A DNA stretch of 64,000 bases. Origin: Pecten maximus (taxonomy: Eukaryota). The position numbers were made by a program, and so were the translations under genes. The stretch covers positions 2,976,001 to 3,040,000 of the forward strand of contig NC_047025.1 of the NCBI RefSeq assembly GCF_902652985.1. The letters are read 5' to 3'. Of this stretch, positions 39,631 through 53,482 are shown in pieces; positions within the stretch are counted from its first letter, which is position 1; every line of letters begins with the position of its first letter. The notes beneath the pieces are model-generated. The model was given only the letters and a program-made list of their open reading frames with translations, had not been told where the DNA came from and did no database searches.

Positions 39631-40706
39631 CAATGCAGTATTAGACAAGAGTCTGCATGAATACGTCCCTCCCTGGCTATTGAAATTTGCAAAAATGTGC
39701 AACAAAATGCTGTTTCATTGTTCTGTAAGAAAAGCCCACCACTAGCTTTCTCAAAATGTATATACACCCTTTGTTCTTCTATGATAAATACGGTATTACT
39801 CATAATCATATTGGGAATCTACGTTATAACAAGTTAAAACGAAGCTCTTCTGAAATTAGAATCGAGTTATGACAGATTTATTGAGTCATTAAGTATTCAT
39901 AAAAACAAATGTACATGTAGATTTTAAAAGCAACAGCAAAATTAAACTGAATTTACCATAAGGAATCAGAAACAGATACAAACTTCAATTCGAGTTAATG
40001 GTTTAATGTTGATTTGAAATTGATTGATGGGTGTAAATTTGAATAACGTCACTACATCCGTGGGAATGGATAACTATAAATCATTGAAAGCCAATGTGCA
40101 TTTAAAACAAAACCTGCCGAGTAAGCAATTAAAACAGTGTGGTAATACCCTCCTAAAGTTGGACCAAAGGCGACATCATCATATGTGTGGGATCCTCTTC
40201 AGAATTTAATCGCTTTGCATTACATGTTTGCCAGATCTCCTGGGGTCTATGACCAAATGTAGAGGACATTGATACTTTAAATAGCTGCCGTTACAGGAAA
40301 TTGAAAAACTGTTAATGCTATATGATCAAGTCCTCAGACGTGAGCATCCAGTCGGATCTTTGTAAACATGATTATAGCCATATATAATTCTCATATTATT
40401 TATTGACAGAACAGTTAATTTTGTAAGTTGCAAATAAAATTTTGCAGTCGTTTGGGTTCTTCTAAAGTTCTGTATCTGATGCTCAGTTCACTTTGCCTTC
40501 AAGTCCTTTATCTCTTGAGATGTATTGTTTAAATCTATTTATATTGTTTTTGGACGTGAAGTGCTGCTTCAGCTGCTGTTATTTCTCACCTGAAAAGGTT
40601 GTACACTGTGTAACGGTCCAGGTGAAAAACTGTTCAACATTAGTCTAATCGGAGTTCAGGGGAGACCACTCATACTAGAGGTCGTGAAAACTCCAACTCT
40701 TGCCAT

Positions 40707-40973
40707 TTTTAGGTCACCTGAGACAAAGTCAATTAACCTATTGCAATCACCTTTTGTCCAGCGTCGTGCGTCATAAACAATTTACGTTTTCAACTTCTTC
40801 TTGATAACCAAAAGGCCCAGAGACGCAATATTATGTCTGTAGCATGCTGGGATGAATGGCTACCAAGTTAATTCAAATGGATGTCCTTGACCTTCATTCA
40901 AGGTCCCAGGTGCCAAATGTGCTAAAATATATAAAAACGTTGACTGTTAATTAAGGCCCATGGGCCTCTTGTT
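40707..40973 (+). mobile_element. Short HINE/Helentron-like element
   Basis: 5' tttttaggtcacctg, (cgtc)-type microsatellite remnant, one internal unit, and 3' hairpin aggcccatgggcct followed by cttgtt. Isolated 3' ends of the same type occur at ~1900-1936 and ~17183-17218. Confidence 0.7.
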
Positions 40974-41326
40974 ATTCAAGTCTCATAGGTTCTGTGACAT
41001 TAACATGAAGGTGATAAGATAAATTTGAAAAATATATTTCATTTTTTTTGTTTTCATTCTCATAACTATAATTAATATTGACAATTGTTTTCTGCCAATT
41101 CATTGTCAATGATTATCGGGCAAGTAGTCACCAATATTTAATTATCCTGGTGTTAAGAGACCAAAATCTACTGGCCCTAGGTCATCGGATCTGGGATTTT
41201 TTTTTGCCCAACTTCACACTTTCTTCAAGATAAAGTTGGACCAAGGAATTCTTTTGGAACTTGAACTGAGAGAATGTAAGTGATTTCATATTTCATCATT
41301 TTTTTTTTTTTTTTTTTCCGTCACAG

Positions 41327-41466
41327 CAAAAGAAGACTCATGATGCACAGATGCGAGCATCTGCTTTGACTCGTGAGCTAGAGATGTTGAAATTGACAGC
41401 AGAGAAACAAAAAGGACAGATACACCAACTCCAGGAACTACTGGCTGGTCGAGAACAGCAACACAG
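41327..41466 (+). CDS. LRRCC1: LRRCC1-like exon E (phase 0 to 2): QKKTHDAQMRASALTRELEMLKLTAEKQKGQIHQLQELLAGREQQH(R)
   Basis: Long poly-T tract plus cacAG acceptor, CAG|GTAAGG donor, 140 nt. ASALTRE and QLQELLAGREQQHR resemble LRRCC1 ASAADRE and QLHQLLALKEQEHR. Confidence 0.9.
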
Positions 41467-42127
41467 GTAAGGGTCTGAGTGGTCAGTACAGGTAAGGGTC
41501 AGTGGTCAGTACAGGTAAGGGTCAGTGGTCAGTATAGGTAAGGGTTTCAGTGGTCAGTGCAGGTAAGGGTCAGTGGTCAGCACAGGTAAAGGTCAGTGGT
41601 CAGTAGAGGTAAGGGTCAGTGGTCAGTAGAGGTAAGGGTCAGTGGTCAGTAGAGGTAGGGGTCAGTGGTCAGTACAGGTAAGGGTCAGTGGTCAGCACAG
41701 GTAAAGGTCAGTGGTCAGTACAGGTAAGGGTTTGAGTGGTCAGTACAGGTAAGGGTCAGTGGTCAGCACAGGTAAAGGTCAGTGGTCAGTACAGGTAAGG
41801 GTCAGTGGTCAGTACAGGTAAGGGTCAGTGGTCAGTGGAGGTAAGGGTCAGTGGTCAGTACAGGTACACTGTAAGGGTTTGAGTGGTCAGTTCAGGTACA
41901 CTGTAAGGGTTTGAGTGGTCAGTACAGGTAAGGATTTGAGTGGTCAGTACAGGTAAGGGTCAGTGGTCAGTACAGGTAAGGGTCATTGGTCAGTACAGGT
42001 AAGGGTCATTGGTCAGTACAGGTAAGGGTCAGTGGTCAGTGCAGGTAAGGGTCAGTAGTCAGTACAGGTAAGGGTCTGAGTGGTCAGTACAGGTAAGGGT
42101 CAGTGGTCAGTACAGCAGTACAGGTAA
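41463..42127 (+). repeat. 23-bp (25-bp variant) minisatellite whose unit contains the exon E donor: (gtaagggtcagtggtcagtacag)n, ~27 copies
   Basis: Begins exactly at the exon E donor; nearly every unit junction recreates AG|GTAAGG. Confidence 0.96.
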
Positions 42128-43874
42128 TCAGGACCAAATTAACATTGCGGGTGCCCTATAGTAAAGCACAGTGTCTGTTAGTCGATCTCCAGACAGCTAA
42201 TTTTTTTTTGAGACTTAACAGTGTTATATTATGTTGTTCGATAGTGGTATAAAAAGTTCCTATAAGTGTCAAGTTCAAGGTTGCTGTTACTAAAGATAGA
42301 ACTGGGTTTGTAAGGGTCAAGGTCGCTATACTAAAAATAGAAATAGGACTATATTGTTAAAAATACAACATGTTCACTGTGTATATAATGCAGATATTTC
42401 TATCACTTTTATAAATTGGGGTGGGTGTCCTTCAAGGTTAAAGAGTCAAAGGTCACACAAAAAGAATTCTTGATTTCTTTCGCCATGATTTGTTAACATC
42501 AAAATAATATGTATGTAGGTAAGTAGAAATTAAATATCATTGTAACAGTCAGGGTAAGTCAGGTCTTCAGACGACAGGTGACGGAGCAGCCACACTGCTG
42601 TGTCAGTTAAATCTGAATTATAAGGGTCACGGAGGGTCGGCAGAGGTCTATACAGGAAATGATAAGATTTGTGATACGGGAAATGTTGGCCACTGATTGA
42701 TTTAAGAGGAATACTGATAACCTCCAGTTGACCACGCCCCAAGTACAAGTTTGTGCCAAGTATCGGAATAATTTTTACTTAAAGGAAACATACATTTTCA
42801 TTATCTTTAAAAGTTTTCTTTCTGATATTGATCGAGTACGTCTGGCCACCTACGTATAAATACACAACACTAATAATGGATGTTTGCCGTGGATGTACAT
42901 ATCATTAATCTTACAATATAAAGTGCTGAAATGCTGAAATATTAAAATTGGATTTTAGCTGATTTTGGCATTCTTATTATTGATCGCCTACTGGTGAGAC
43001 TGTGGGGGACTATAGGTTCCTGTACTTGACCATCGACTTACAGTCAGTACAACATCAAAGTTTGTCAGCGTTCTAGCAGCTTCATTCCTTGAGGGATTTT
43101 GATAAAACTTCACACAATAATAAAGAACTGTCTGGTACAGGTTTTGAGTTTCAGGGATTTGGGGGTCTAGGTCAAGGTCACTTACTATTTTTAGCATGGG
43201 CTGGTAGGGGATATGTGTTGTTTTAGAAATACTTAGTGTGCTTGGATATCCGCAATTTTTAAATAATTGTACAGTGTAACCTGTCTAAACCGGATGTCAC
43301 TGTGACCAGACAATTTGGCCGGTTTACACAGGTATATATTATAGAGATTGGTATAATTATACCACAATTTAGTATATTTTAGAAAAACTATTGGAATTTC
43401 TCTATCTGATCTTTATATAGATGCTGTTCTCTGTGATTTCTTTCCTCCCTCGCAGTTTTTTTGGTTGCTCGATGCCTGAAATTTAATGGTTTTGTTTAAC
43501 GAGAGGGACGCGTTATTACAACTGATATCTGTCAGGATACAGCGCTACAGACAGATTTCTATTACAAAATCTCACGGAAGAATGCAACTGGAAAAAAAAA
43601 AACATTTCTTAGATTTAAATACTTCACTCATGTGAAAGTTTTGGTACAGAAAAAAAATGGGTTGGGAAATGGATTCATTCAGTGTCAAATGAGTTTGCAT
43701 AGGAGTAATGGGTTTGTGAAACATTATAGCTTGAACACAGTGTGTGTTCATTAAGTCAAAGTACCACCAATCAAAAATAGATACTGTAAACCAGCCTTTT
43801 TTCACGTACCATTTATTTTCGAGAATTTCAAAATCAGGACAAATTTGCGAAAATTAATCGCTGTGAATTCAAAA

Positions 43875-43905
<31 letters not shown>

Positions 43906-44359
43906 TATTTTTTTTTTTTCAGAAGTTTTCATACAGTGTAAAGTACATAGTATACAACTGTACTCAGAAGTAATAATCATTATTACAGTATCATAAAATT
44001 GTAGAAGATCTAACACACATACACACACACCTTACTCCACATTCATAGAATCATTGATTATCTTTTGATGAATTTTCCAAATATTACATTTACACTATTT
44101 AAAGAGAGGAAGAAAGCAGAAAAGAACATGTTAAGCAAAGAGAAAAATTATAACGATAAAGAAAAAAAAAAACAAAAAAAAGCCTGACCTTGAGTAAGGT
44201 GACCTTTACTCGCAATCGTTTAAATGATTTCGTAATCAATTGCTAAAAAAGCATTAGTCTATTTTTCAACAAACTTGGTATATTATATAGATCACATAGT
44301 CGACATCTCAACACAACCTTCATTTATGGAAAATCAGTCAAAATCTATGGTCCAGCAGC

Positions 44360-44492
44360 TCTGGCTGGCACAGTTGACGTCTTTCACTTCTGTGGCCTGG
44401 GTTCGATTCCCCAATTGGACATAAACAGGTTTGGGGTCACAGGAATCGCCTGACTTCCTGTACTCCAGTTTCCTCCCACAGAAAGACACCTT
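44360..44492 (+). mobile_element. Degraded tRNA-derived SINE fragment with V-domain-like core
   Basis: B box gggttcgattccc and core tactccagtttcctcccacag. Confidence 0.5.
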
Positions 44493-46641
44493 CATACACT
44501 TCCATCATGGTCTCAGCTTTGCATCTGATTATAATAACTAGCCCTCCTGGCCCCATCATCAGCTGTGATAATGACCCCCTATGTATTACCAGCATGACTG
44601 ACATGTAGGAATTATGTATATGAGCTCAGATGATTTAATAATGCTGTTAAGTTTGCTTTTATATAAACTGTTTCATCACAAGTTAGGAGGGATCAATATT
44701 TTATGGGGTAGGTCATTATTTTATGCATGAAATACTGACACCCTGGTCGGTATTTTATTAGGGGTAAAAAATTTATATGACACCGACCATCAAGGCTGCA
44801 TGGTCGATATAAGTTAAGGTATAACTTGAATTGTGTCACAATTGTTGTAAAATACCTTACATAGGCATTTTTATTGATGTTTAGCTCTCAATTTCGCAAG
44901 AAGTATATACTGTATATACATGTATATATATGTATAACATAGTAACAAAAATGAAGAAGGAAGGCATCTTTTTGGCTCGTGCCCTGACCGGGCCTTGAAT
45001 TCACGATCTACAGCACCCAAACGCCTAGCCAGAAATACCCGCAGCTTCTACCTTGCTGTGTCATATCGGCGTTATTAAAAAGAACGTTTCAATGGCGCAG
45101 TGATGGTCGGCCCGATACCCTGACATGATCATTGTGGAAGTAAACCAAACAGGTGTTTCATCATGGGTATGAACCCTCTTAACTTCTGATCAACATAAGG
45201 GAGATTTGGAAGTCTTAAAGATAAATACTGAAATAATTAAAACTGCAAGAAAGGTGGATTTTGGGAGTTAGCAATCGTTTGAGCTATCATATTTAGTTTC
45301 CAATCAAGGATTTCTAATTGCATGTGTGCAATCTTCAATAATCAATGTACTTTAACACAAAGTTGTTTCATATATGGCTCATTCAATTATTTTTGCTGGA
45401 ATTTTTATATGTTTTATGACTGGGTCATTTTTTGAAGATTAAGGGGACGACAGCGAGACGTACTGTGCTATGGAATTCTTGTTTGGAAACCCCCAAGGGC
45501 TTTCTTCTGAATAATTACGAGATCTGCATGAAGTTGTCGTATTTATTCTGTGCTTTGGTTTGAAAGATTACCCATGTAAAATATCAGCTTTTCTCATTTA
45601 TTGATCTTTTAAAATCATTTAAAATCACCAGTCTGCGGATGATGCTTGCATGACATCCTTCGAATCTTTCCCTGTAGGTTCGATTAGTTGACACTAGTAG
45701 AGAAACCAAACGTAAATAGCTTTCACTTAATTCTCCAATTTCCATTTAAAATATGAAATTCCTTAAATAGTTTTTTAATTATGATATTTAGCAGTTTTCT
45801 GCCGACAGTCTTATGGCGATAAATTTGCTAGAGTTTCTATAGTCATCATAATTATGATCATGTGATCATATTATCCTGCATGATCATGTGACAATTATAT
45901 ATTGAATATGTACAGTATGTACTTCTACAGTTGCAAAATTGACAACTGACTAGTATTTATTTTTATTTTTTTCCTTTTAAAAATTCAGTAGCAATCAATA
46001 TTCGGTATGAGTTGTGAAGATATATATAGAGGTTACACAACGAGTGGTTGTTGGACATGGAATTCATTTCACACTCGTAAGTTATTTTTTTAAAAGTTAC
46101 AAAAGACACGAGCTTTAGCTAGTGGTATATAACATATATTTATCCAACAGTCAGGCCATTTATACAATGACTTGAGAGTGGAATAACACCGGGTATTGTG
46201 GTAGAAACAGAGATAATATCACCGTGCCTGGATAAATCCTTCTTTTTGTCTCATGTGAGTGCTACTATTCCAGCGTCGGCCACGTCAACATTTCCATTAA
46301 ATTTTTCTCTAAGAACATATAAGCTATCATAATGGCACCTGTAATACACTTGTATCTATATAAAACCATCTAACACATTTCACATTCAGAATTTCAATTA
46401 AAATCTTGTTAATTGGACTTTGTTAATTAATTTGGCCATGTTAAAGTTTCCGTTTAGCAAGCTTGGGGTTTCTCACAAAGTAATTGTGCTGTCATTATTA
46501 AATCTTAGGTCAATAATGCATGGGTATCCCTATAGACACACAGTTTACCATTAATTGCATGGACTTCGTTAATTAATTGTGCATTATATGTTAAAGTTTT
46601 CTGATTAGCTGGGAGTTGAGATTTTTTATAGGACTTCTCAA

Positions 46642-47153
46642 TTTTTTAGCCCACCATCATCAGATGGTGCATGCTATTCAAATCACCCTGAGTCGGTGGT
46701 CCGTCATCCGTCCGTCTGTCCATCCCTTCATAAAAAAACTCTTGTTATCACTATTTCTCAGAAAGTACTGGAGGGATTTTTTAAAATTTCATATGTAGGT
46801 TCCGCTTCAGATGCAAGGCAGCCATCTTGGATTTTGGCAATTGAAGTTTGTTACAGCTATAGTTTTCAGAAAGAACTGAAGGGATCTTTCTAAAATTTTA
46901 TATGTAGGTGCATGGTCCCCTTGGTACCCAGTTGTGCATATTGCATTTTGGGACCAATCAAAAAACAACATGGCTGACAGGCAGCCATCTTGGATTTTGA
47001 CAATTGCTGATTGCTCCAGCTATATAAAGTTATATAAAGTTATTAAATGTTTTGAAGGAAGGGATGAAAGAAGGGAAAAGAATAGAAAAGATCAGTCTTT
47101 CATTTGACTGATATGGATCATTCAATGGTGGGGCGCCAAGATGGATCTCTTGT
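46642..47153 (+). mobile_element. HINE/Helentron-like element ending ~65 bp upstream of exon F
   Basis: 5' tttttagcccaccat..atggtg, (gtcc)n microsatellite, two internal units (gcagccatcttggatttt), and 3' atggtgggg..ctcttgtt. Confidence 0.65.
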
Positions 47154-47217
47154 TATGTACTTCAGGAATGAGTTGTATGTATTTTGGGGATGACGTTAAA
47201 GTAACTTTGTTTTTCAG

Positions 47218-47334
47218 GGATGAAATGAAGCTGTGTGTCCGTCCAAACAGTCAAGAGATGGACAGTCTCATACAGCAGGAAAAACGCCGGGCCGAGAAAC
47301 AGTATGAGAGTGAACTCCGCACCCAGCAAGACAA
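47218..47334 (+). CDS. LRRCC1: LRRCC1-like exon F (phase 2 to 2): (R)DEMKLCVRPNSQEMDSLIQQEKRRAEKQYESELRTQQD(K)
   Basis: tttgtttttcAG acceptor, CAA|GTAAGC donor, 117 nt, in phase with exon E. The next exon was not found before 64000. Confidence 0.85.
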
Positions 47335-48753
47335 GTAAGCTAGCTATAGGTTTACTTTGAAAGTTAACTCGTTTCTAACTTTTCTACAAACTTCGAGACA
47401 AACTCATAGCATCTGATCCTCGGTGACATGATTACCTGGGACTTGATACAGCACAGCTAGCTCCTCGTGAGTGTCAAGTTGTCTCCCCTTCTCTCAGTCT
47501 GGACATCATGCAGTAGCTAGCTATATATAAACAGGACTTATTCTGAGGGCTGTTTGGGACAGATAATGGGCCCCATTCCTACTGAAATTATTTCATATTT
47601 AAACCAAATGACCCAAATTTGCAGCATACTCCCACAAGTGATTCCCAATTACTACTTTTCTTTTGAAAATGAGGCTCCGTGTACCCTCACTACAACAGCA
47701 GAATAAATTGAACTTCGTCACTGCCGAAAGACTTGAAACAAGTGTCTACAGTACAGCTGTTTGTATCTTCTATATATACATAACAGTGATGAATTTTTAT
47801 GAGACTTGAGAGTGTTGTAGACCCTAACTTCAGAAGTTATTTGGATGTGTCTACAATTTACTGTAACTATTTGCTAGCCAACATATATTGATTCCCCGTG
47901 GTATGCGGTGGAAAATGGTGATCAATTCTTAAAGTTCAATAGGGGGTACATTGTTATGTAGCATGGATTTAAAAATATATTTCTCTTGTCTACAGGAAGA
48001 TTAAACATTAAGTTCTTGTACGTGTGGAAAAGTATTATTTCTTAGACCCACCCAAGTTATTCCCTAGAGAACAACATTGTTAGAAAAAATTCAACAAATA
48101 TGAAGAATTTTGAGCAAATGCAAGTATAAAAATAAAGATGTCGGAAATTGTCTGATTATTTAATTCGAAAGTAAAAATTGTCTCTGTGCTGTAAAGTGTA
48201 AAAGTCTGGCTTCCACTATAAATGTTTGGATTAAGTGGACCTACATCCAATAAAATGTCTGATGACTGACACTGTATCATTGCCAACTTTAACCCACAAA
48301 GTTGATGGACACTCAATTTTATCAATGGTGCAGTTGGCTAGTGATACTGGACTGACGAGTCATGGTCAAGATTTATGCTGGTGCTTTTACGATTCATAAA
48401 ATCGTAATACAAAAATTGGCCGTTGTATCAATGGTCTCAATTTGTTCTGAGTTTACACGGCTTTTATCGTAAATTATGACACACATTCAGAGAAAATCCT
48501 GCGTGCAGCAGACCATTTGGATTAGAGGAATGGGACGGCTATGATTGGTAGAAATAGAAGATATGGAAGGAAACGGAGAACTTCCCATCGGAAATAGGAC
48601 AGTTTATGTAGAACAGTGGATAGACAAACCTAATTCAGGAGACAAAAGTCTGGAAATACAGTTCACTTTTAAGGCAATGGAACTGTGTGACTATATAAAC
48701 AGTTTACGAATTATTAGATAATTCTTTTTATTAATTTTCAAGTACTTATGATG

Positions 48754-49101
48754 GATGGGGCTGTGATAGCTCAGCCGGTTAGAGTGCAGGATGGAGCTCT
48801 GATAGCTCAGCCGGTTAGAGTGCAGGCCATGTAACTTCAGGTGAAGATCTGAGGTGCCTGGTTCGATGCTCCCTACCTGTGTTGGATTCTGTTTCTCTGG
48901 AAGTTGAGAAACAGGCCGGTCTTTGCTGTCATGGTTGTGTCTTTCGGCTTTACCCTTATAGCTTTGGATGGCATATCATGGGTCGCCCATATGTTGTTCA
49001 ATGAGGTAGTCACCAACTACTACAGGAATACCCCCACCTCAAAATGAGCTTGCATGGCTGTTCACATGGTGATAAACCCAGAAAACAAACAAACAAACAA
49101 A
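48754..49101 (+). mobile_element. tRNA-derived SINE (CORE-like middle) with a 36-bp duplicated head and (AAAC)n tail
   Basis: A box tagctcagccgg (twice), B box ggttcgatgc, gttgtgtctt..tttacc motif, and tail aaacaaacaaacaaac. Confidence 0.7.
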
Positions 49102-50221
49102 CTGTGTATCTTATAGTCTGCTAGAAAGCATACATTTTAATTAGGAGTCTGTTTTTTGTGTGAAAAGTCAACAAAGTTTAAGAAAGTGAAGACCACATTT
49201 TTCCTATTGCGTTGGTACCAGACCAAGAAAATTTTAAACTGATTCACACATGTTAAATAGTCTTGTCCCGACATATATTTTTATCTGTATTATAACACTG
49301 GCATCCATCATTTGCCTGTTAATTCTTCAGACTACAAAACTGTGCTGTTGTAGTTGTTTTAATGGAAAAAAAATTAACTGTCAGAAAATTTGTCGCACAT
49401 TCCTTGCCATTTAATATGAAACTGCAGCAAAATTTGAAATGCATTGAAGTGATGTTCTGATCTTTGACGACACATTAAACCTGAGGGTTCAGAATTTTCG
49501 GCAGTCACGGCCACAGGATTGACAGGATTGACAGAGGAATATGACAAATGGTCCGCCTACTTCTTCTGCATCGTCAAATTTGACCTAGTTAAAGTTGATT
49601 GACAGACAAGATTTTTATTGCATTGTCAAAAAGCCAAAATCAGAACCTGAAGACAGGTCTTGACAAAAATTGCCAAATTCAATCAGGTCATTGTGGAAAA
49701 TTTTAGACTTTGATATCATGTGGAAAATTTTAGACTTTAATATCATGATAGAGCAGAAATAATCCTATGGAACTCACAATAAATACATCAAAACTATATA
49801 GTCCATATTCCAACAGTGAAAGACAGTATTTTATATCCTTTAGGATGATAATCATCATGTGTTCTTTTGAGGTAAGTTATAAAGGATTGTCTAAAAAATG
49901 AAAATATATAATGAATATATTGAATTTTGACAGTATGCCTATCAATATGTATAGACATAAAAAATTTTTTTTTAGAGCAAACTCAGGTTAACAAATGCAG
50001 CACTTACATTTGCATGCCCACATGTCCGTTTTTGGTCGATATATCTACAGACCGATTAAAGGGTAATTATGTATCAACTTCAAGCTTAATCATAATTCAA
50101 TTTACTAAAATAGAAATCTTAAATAAATATTTGATTGACAACTTAACAGCCTGAATTTGTTTTTCTGTGGTACAGTATCACAAGGTTATATTAGGTCATC
50201 TGATTTGTTAAACAGGCCTCT

Positions 50222-50350
50222 GGTACATGTACTGACCAAAGGCCGGTGGTTTTTCTCCGAGTACTCCGGCTTTCCTCCGACCTCCAAAACCAGGCACGTA
50301 CCCCTTAATGACCCTGACTATTATAGGACTTTAAACAAAATAAGCCAAAA
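50222..50350 (+). mobile_element. 5'-truncated copy of the V-domain-like SINE
   Basis: gtactgacc..aggccggtggtttttctccgagtactccggctttcctcc...ataggactttaaacaaaa. Confidence 0.8.
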
Positions 50351-51044
50351 TGTTGAACCAGTTTTTTTTAAACAGGAGTTACTTAACAGAATACAGGAGA
50401 TGAAATGTGACCTAGGTTAATATTTTTAACGGGTAATTATATACCGTTAAACCATTGATTAAAGTGTATGGATGTGTGGCATGATCTCCCTATGATACTA
50501 GTAATTAATCCATGCACTGTAATCACATAATTATTAGCGAGACTCCACTGAATAATAAAATCAGTCCAATATCTCAAGCTATTAGTTCTCCCTTAATTTG
50601 GAACTTACAAGATAACCTGTGACTTTTTGTATCGCCATGGCAACAAAATCCCTCACGGATACCAGTGTCATTATACAATCTACCTGAATGGCTACGACAC
50701 TGACAGATAGATCTAGGAAAATTAACTGTATCCTCCTCCTTTCAGATTGGAATCTGGGTCAGTTGTTAATTAAGTGGACTTACTTTTGTCCTCATTTATG
50801 ACTGGCTGTGACACTGTTCAGGTGATGTGGAACGTGTCGAGAAGGTGAGGTCATGTATTTGATGTCAGTCCTGTCACTTAACTGTTTTCTCTTTAGTTCA
50901 CATGTTGTGAGAAAAGGGAAGTTCAATGAAAGACATCACTTCAGCTTCTGATCATATATGTTGTTAAAAGTGTGATAAAATTTCCATAACACTAGTATGA
51001 TAAATCTAGGGTAAAAAAAGGATTAGGTATAGACAAAATAGTTG

Positions 51045-53482
51045 TGTACACCCTCACTAGTTAATGGTACAACCCCACCCATTAATGGTACTCCCTCACC
51101 AGTTAATGGTACACCCTCACCAGTTAATGGTACAACCTCACCAGTTAATGGTACAACTCCACCAATTAATGGTACTCCCTCACCAGTTAATGGTACACCC
51201 TCACCAGTTAATGGTACACCCTCACCGGTTAATGGTTCACCCTCACCAGTTAATGGTTCACCCTCACCAGTTAATGGTACACCCTCACCAGTTAATGGTA
51301 CACCCTCATCAGTTAATGGTAAACCCCACCAGTTAATGGTACACCCTCACCAGTTAAAGGTACACCCTCACCACTTAATGGTACATGCTCACCAGTTAAT
51401 GGTACTCCCTCACCAGTTAATGTTACACCCTCACCAGTTAATGGTACACCCTCACTAGATAATGGTACTCCCTCACCAGTTAATGGTACACCCTCACCAG
51501 TTAATGTTACACCCTCACCAGTCAATGGTAATCCCTCACCAGGTAATGGTACACCCTCACCAGGTAATGATACTCTTTCACCAGTTAATGGTACACCCTC
51601 ACCAGTTAATGGTAAACCCCACCAGTTAATGTTACACCCTCACCAGTCAATGGTAATCCCTCACCAGGTAATGGTACACCCTCACCAGGTAATGATACTC
51701 TTTCACCAGTTAATGGTACACCCTCACCAGTTAATGGTACACCCTCACCAGTTAATGGTAAACCCCACCAGTTAATGGTACACCCCCATCATGTTAATGT
51801 TTCATCCTCACCAGTTAATGGTACACCCTCACCAGTTAATGGTTCAACCTCACCTTTTAATGGTATACCCTCACCAGTTAATGGTACACCTCACCAGTTA
51901 ATGGTATACCCTCACCAGTTAATGTTATGCCCTCACCAGTTAACGGTACACCCTCACTAGTTAATGGTACACCCTCACCAGTTAATGGTACACCCTAAAC
52001 CAGTTAATGGTATACCCTCACCAGTTAATGGTACACCCTCACTAGATAATGGTACTCCCTCACCAGTTAATGGTATACCCCCATCATGTTAATGGTACTC
52101 CCTCACCAGTTAATGGTACACTCTCACCAGTTAATGGTAAACCCCACCAGTTAATGGTATACCCCCATCATGTTAATGTTTCATCCTCACCAGTTAATGG
52201 TACACCCTCACCAGTTAATGGTTCAACCTCACCTTTTAATGGTATACCCTCACCAGTTAATGTTATGCCCTCACCAGTTAACGGTACACCCTCACTAGTT
52301 AATGGTACACTCTCACCATTTAATGGTACTTTCTTGCCATTTAATGGTACACCCTCACCAGTTAATGGTAAACCCCACCAGTTAATGGTACACCCTCACC
52401 CATTAATGGTACACCCTCACCAGTTAATGGTACACCCTCACTAGTTAATGGTACACCCTCACCAGTTAATGGTACACCCTCACTAGTTAATGGTACACTC
52501 TCAACATTTAATGGTATCCCTTGCCATTTAATGGTACACCCTCACCAGTTAATGGTACACCCTCACCAGTTAATGGTATACCCTTGCCAGTTAATGGTAC
52601 ACCCTCACCAGTTAATGGTACACCCTCACCAGTTAATGGTATACCCTCACCAGTTTATGGTACACCCTCAACAGTTAATGGTACACCCTCACCAGTTTAT
52701 GGTACACCCTGAACAGTTAATGGTAAACCCCACCAGTTAATGGTACACCCTCACCCATTAATGGTACACCCTCACCAGTTAATGGTACACCCTCACTAGT
52801 TAATGGTACACCCTCACCAGTTAATGGTACACCCTCACTAGTTAATGGTACACTCTCACCATTTAATGGTATCCCTTGCCATTTAATGGTACACCCTCAC
52901 CAGTTAATGGTATACCCTTGCCAGTTAATGGTACACCCTCACCAGTTAATGGTACACCCTCACCAGTTAATGGTATACCCTCACCAGTTTATGGTACACC
53001 CTCAACAGTTAATGGTACACCCTCACCAGTTAATGGTACACCCTCACCAGTTAATGGTACACCCTCACCAGTTAATGGTACACCCTCACCAGTTAATGGT
53101 ACACCCTCACCATTTAATGGTACACCCTCACCAGTTAATGGTACACCCTCACCAATGAATGGTACACCTCACCATTTAATGGCATCCCTTGCCATTTAAT
53201 GGTACACCCTCACCAGTTAATGGTTCACCCTCACCAGTTAATGGTACACCCTCACCAGTTAATGGTACACCCTCACCAGTTAATGGTATACCCTCACCAG
53301 TTAATGGTACACCCTCACCAGTTAATGGTACACCCTCACCAGTTAATGGTACACCCTCACCAGTTAATGGTATACCCTCACCAGTTTATGGTACACCCTC
53401 AACAGTTAATGGTACACCCTCACCAGTTAATGGTTCACCCTCACCAGTTAATGGTATACCCTCACCAGTTAATGGTACACCC
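51045..53482. repeat. 21-bp minisatellite (gttaatggtacaccctcacca), ~115 copies
   Basis: Period 21 with frameshifting 19/20-bp variants; source of the (TPSPVNG)n ORFs. Confidence 0.97.
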
